From positions 28,644,001-28,708,000 of the forward strand of contig OZ024762.1 of assembly GCA_964016885.1 (NCBI GenBank): DNA of 64,000 bases. The letters run 5' to 3'. Source of the DNA: Eledone cirrhosa (Eukaryota). Position numbers and translations under genes: made by a program. The notes beneath the pieces are model-generated. The model was given only the letters and a program-made list of their open reading frames with translations. It made no database searches and had not been told where the DNA came from. This document shows, in pieces, positions 63,133 through 64,000 of the stretch; position 1 is the first letter of the stretch, and each line of letters starts with the position of its first letter.

Positions 63133-64000
63133 CTAGCATTAAAGCCCGGCGTTGCTCGGGGTCATTAAGTTACCAAAGTTAGGTTGCACCACCCATTTTA
63201 TGGCAGCACTTTTTTGTCTGCCAGGCACTGGGTGAATGAATTGCAGACCTGGAAGCAGGAGCTGCGCCAGCAGTGACAATTGTAGTTTCGCCTATGGATA
63301 TTATCCTGTGCAAAAAAGTGTTGAAATTTATTGTTTCCCAGTACTTGCGCAACACGCGCGTAGACGATGCCAGCCGAACAACAGAGCTGCGATGGAGTTG
63401 TTCTGCATGGTTGTCTGTGTGTTTTCTAAATTTAAGACAGTAGGGAGGGTTGTGATATGAGGGACAGTTAGCTGTTGTTTCTAGCAGGTTTAGTGACCTC
63501 ATAGAGGATATGTGTTTTCTAAATTTAAGACAGTAGGGAGTGGTGTGATATGGAGGAGAGTTAGCTGCTGTTTCTAGCAGGTTTAGTGACCTCATAGAAG
63601 ATATGTTTTCTAAATTTAAGACAGTAGGGAGGGGTGTGATATGGGGGAGAGTTAGCTGCTGTTTCTAGCAGGTTTAGTGACCTCATAGAGGATATTATTG
63701 TTTATCATTATCTATAAAAGGCAGATTGTTGTTGTTGTTGTTGAAGTGAGTGTGTGTTTGTATGCGTTTGGAAAAGAGGTTTTAAAAAGATTTATCGCTT
63801 GTTGTTGAATAAATGTATCTGTTGCTTTTGAATAATTGTCGTTTCGTATGAAATGTAATAATTTGAAGTATAAAAGAGAAAGTAGCAAAATGTGTGGGTT
63901 GTAGATAGAGATAAGCAGATGATATGACAGAGTAATACGGACAGTATCACCATCAAGCTTGGAAAGGGAAAGTAGAAGAAAGTATGAAGTTGTATAGATT
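63133..64000 (-). mobile_element. Helitron 3' end (element probably continues beyond the window)
   Basis: Minus strand CCCGAGCAACGCCGGG...GCTAG|T, same terminus as 30342 and 30975; right extent uncertain. Confidence 0.6.
63418..63694. repeat. ~92-bp tandem repeat, 3 copies
   Basis: GTTTTCTAAATTTAAGACAGTAGGGAG...CTAGCAGGTTTAGTGACCTCATAGAGGATAT. Confidence 0.9.

Noticed and set aside
63179-63595. Helitron Rep/helicase coding fragment
   Set aside because: No helicase motifs recognised; much of the ORF is the 92-bp tandem repeat

Overview
AT-rich, microsatellite-laden animal genomic DNA, most likely octopus or another coleoid cephalopod. That assignment is inferred from the effector-less tandem C2H2 genes, RTE LINEs and SINE types. 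The window holds two paralogous single-coding-exon C2H2 zinc-finger genes (20 and 16 fingers) in a direct duplication of at least 4 kb. The rest is mostly transposon-derived: RTE-type LINEs, two Gypsy LTR elements (one with identical LTRs and an open pol), a candidate solo LTR, Penelope-like fragments, Merlin (IS1016-like) transposase relics, non-autonomous Helitrons, MITEs, SINEs and minisatellites. Three features stand out. First, about a dozen minimal type I hammerhead-ribozyme motifs occur, six of them as mirror pairs in short elements capped by an inverted copy of their own 3' end. Second, a nested inverted repeat spans about 43.8-63.1 kb. Third, the two ZNF paralogs differ by whole-finger gain, loss and recombination. 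Everything was read by eye: boundaries are approximate and no database search or folding was run.
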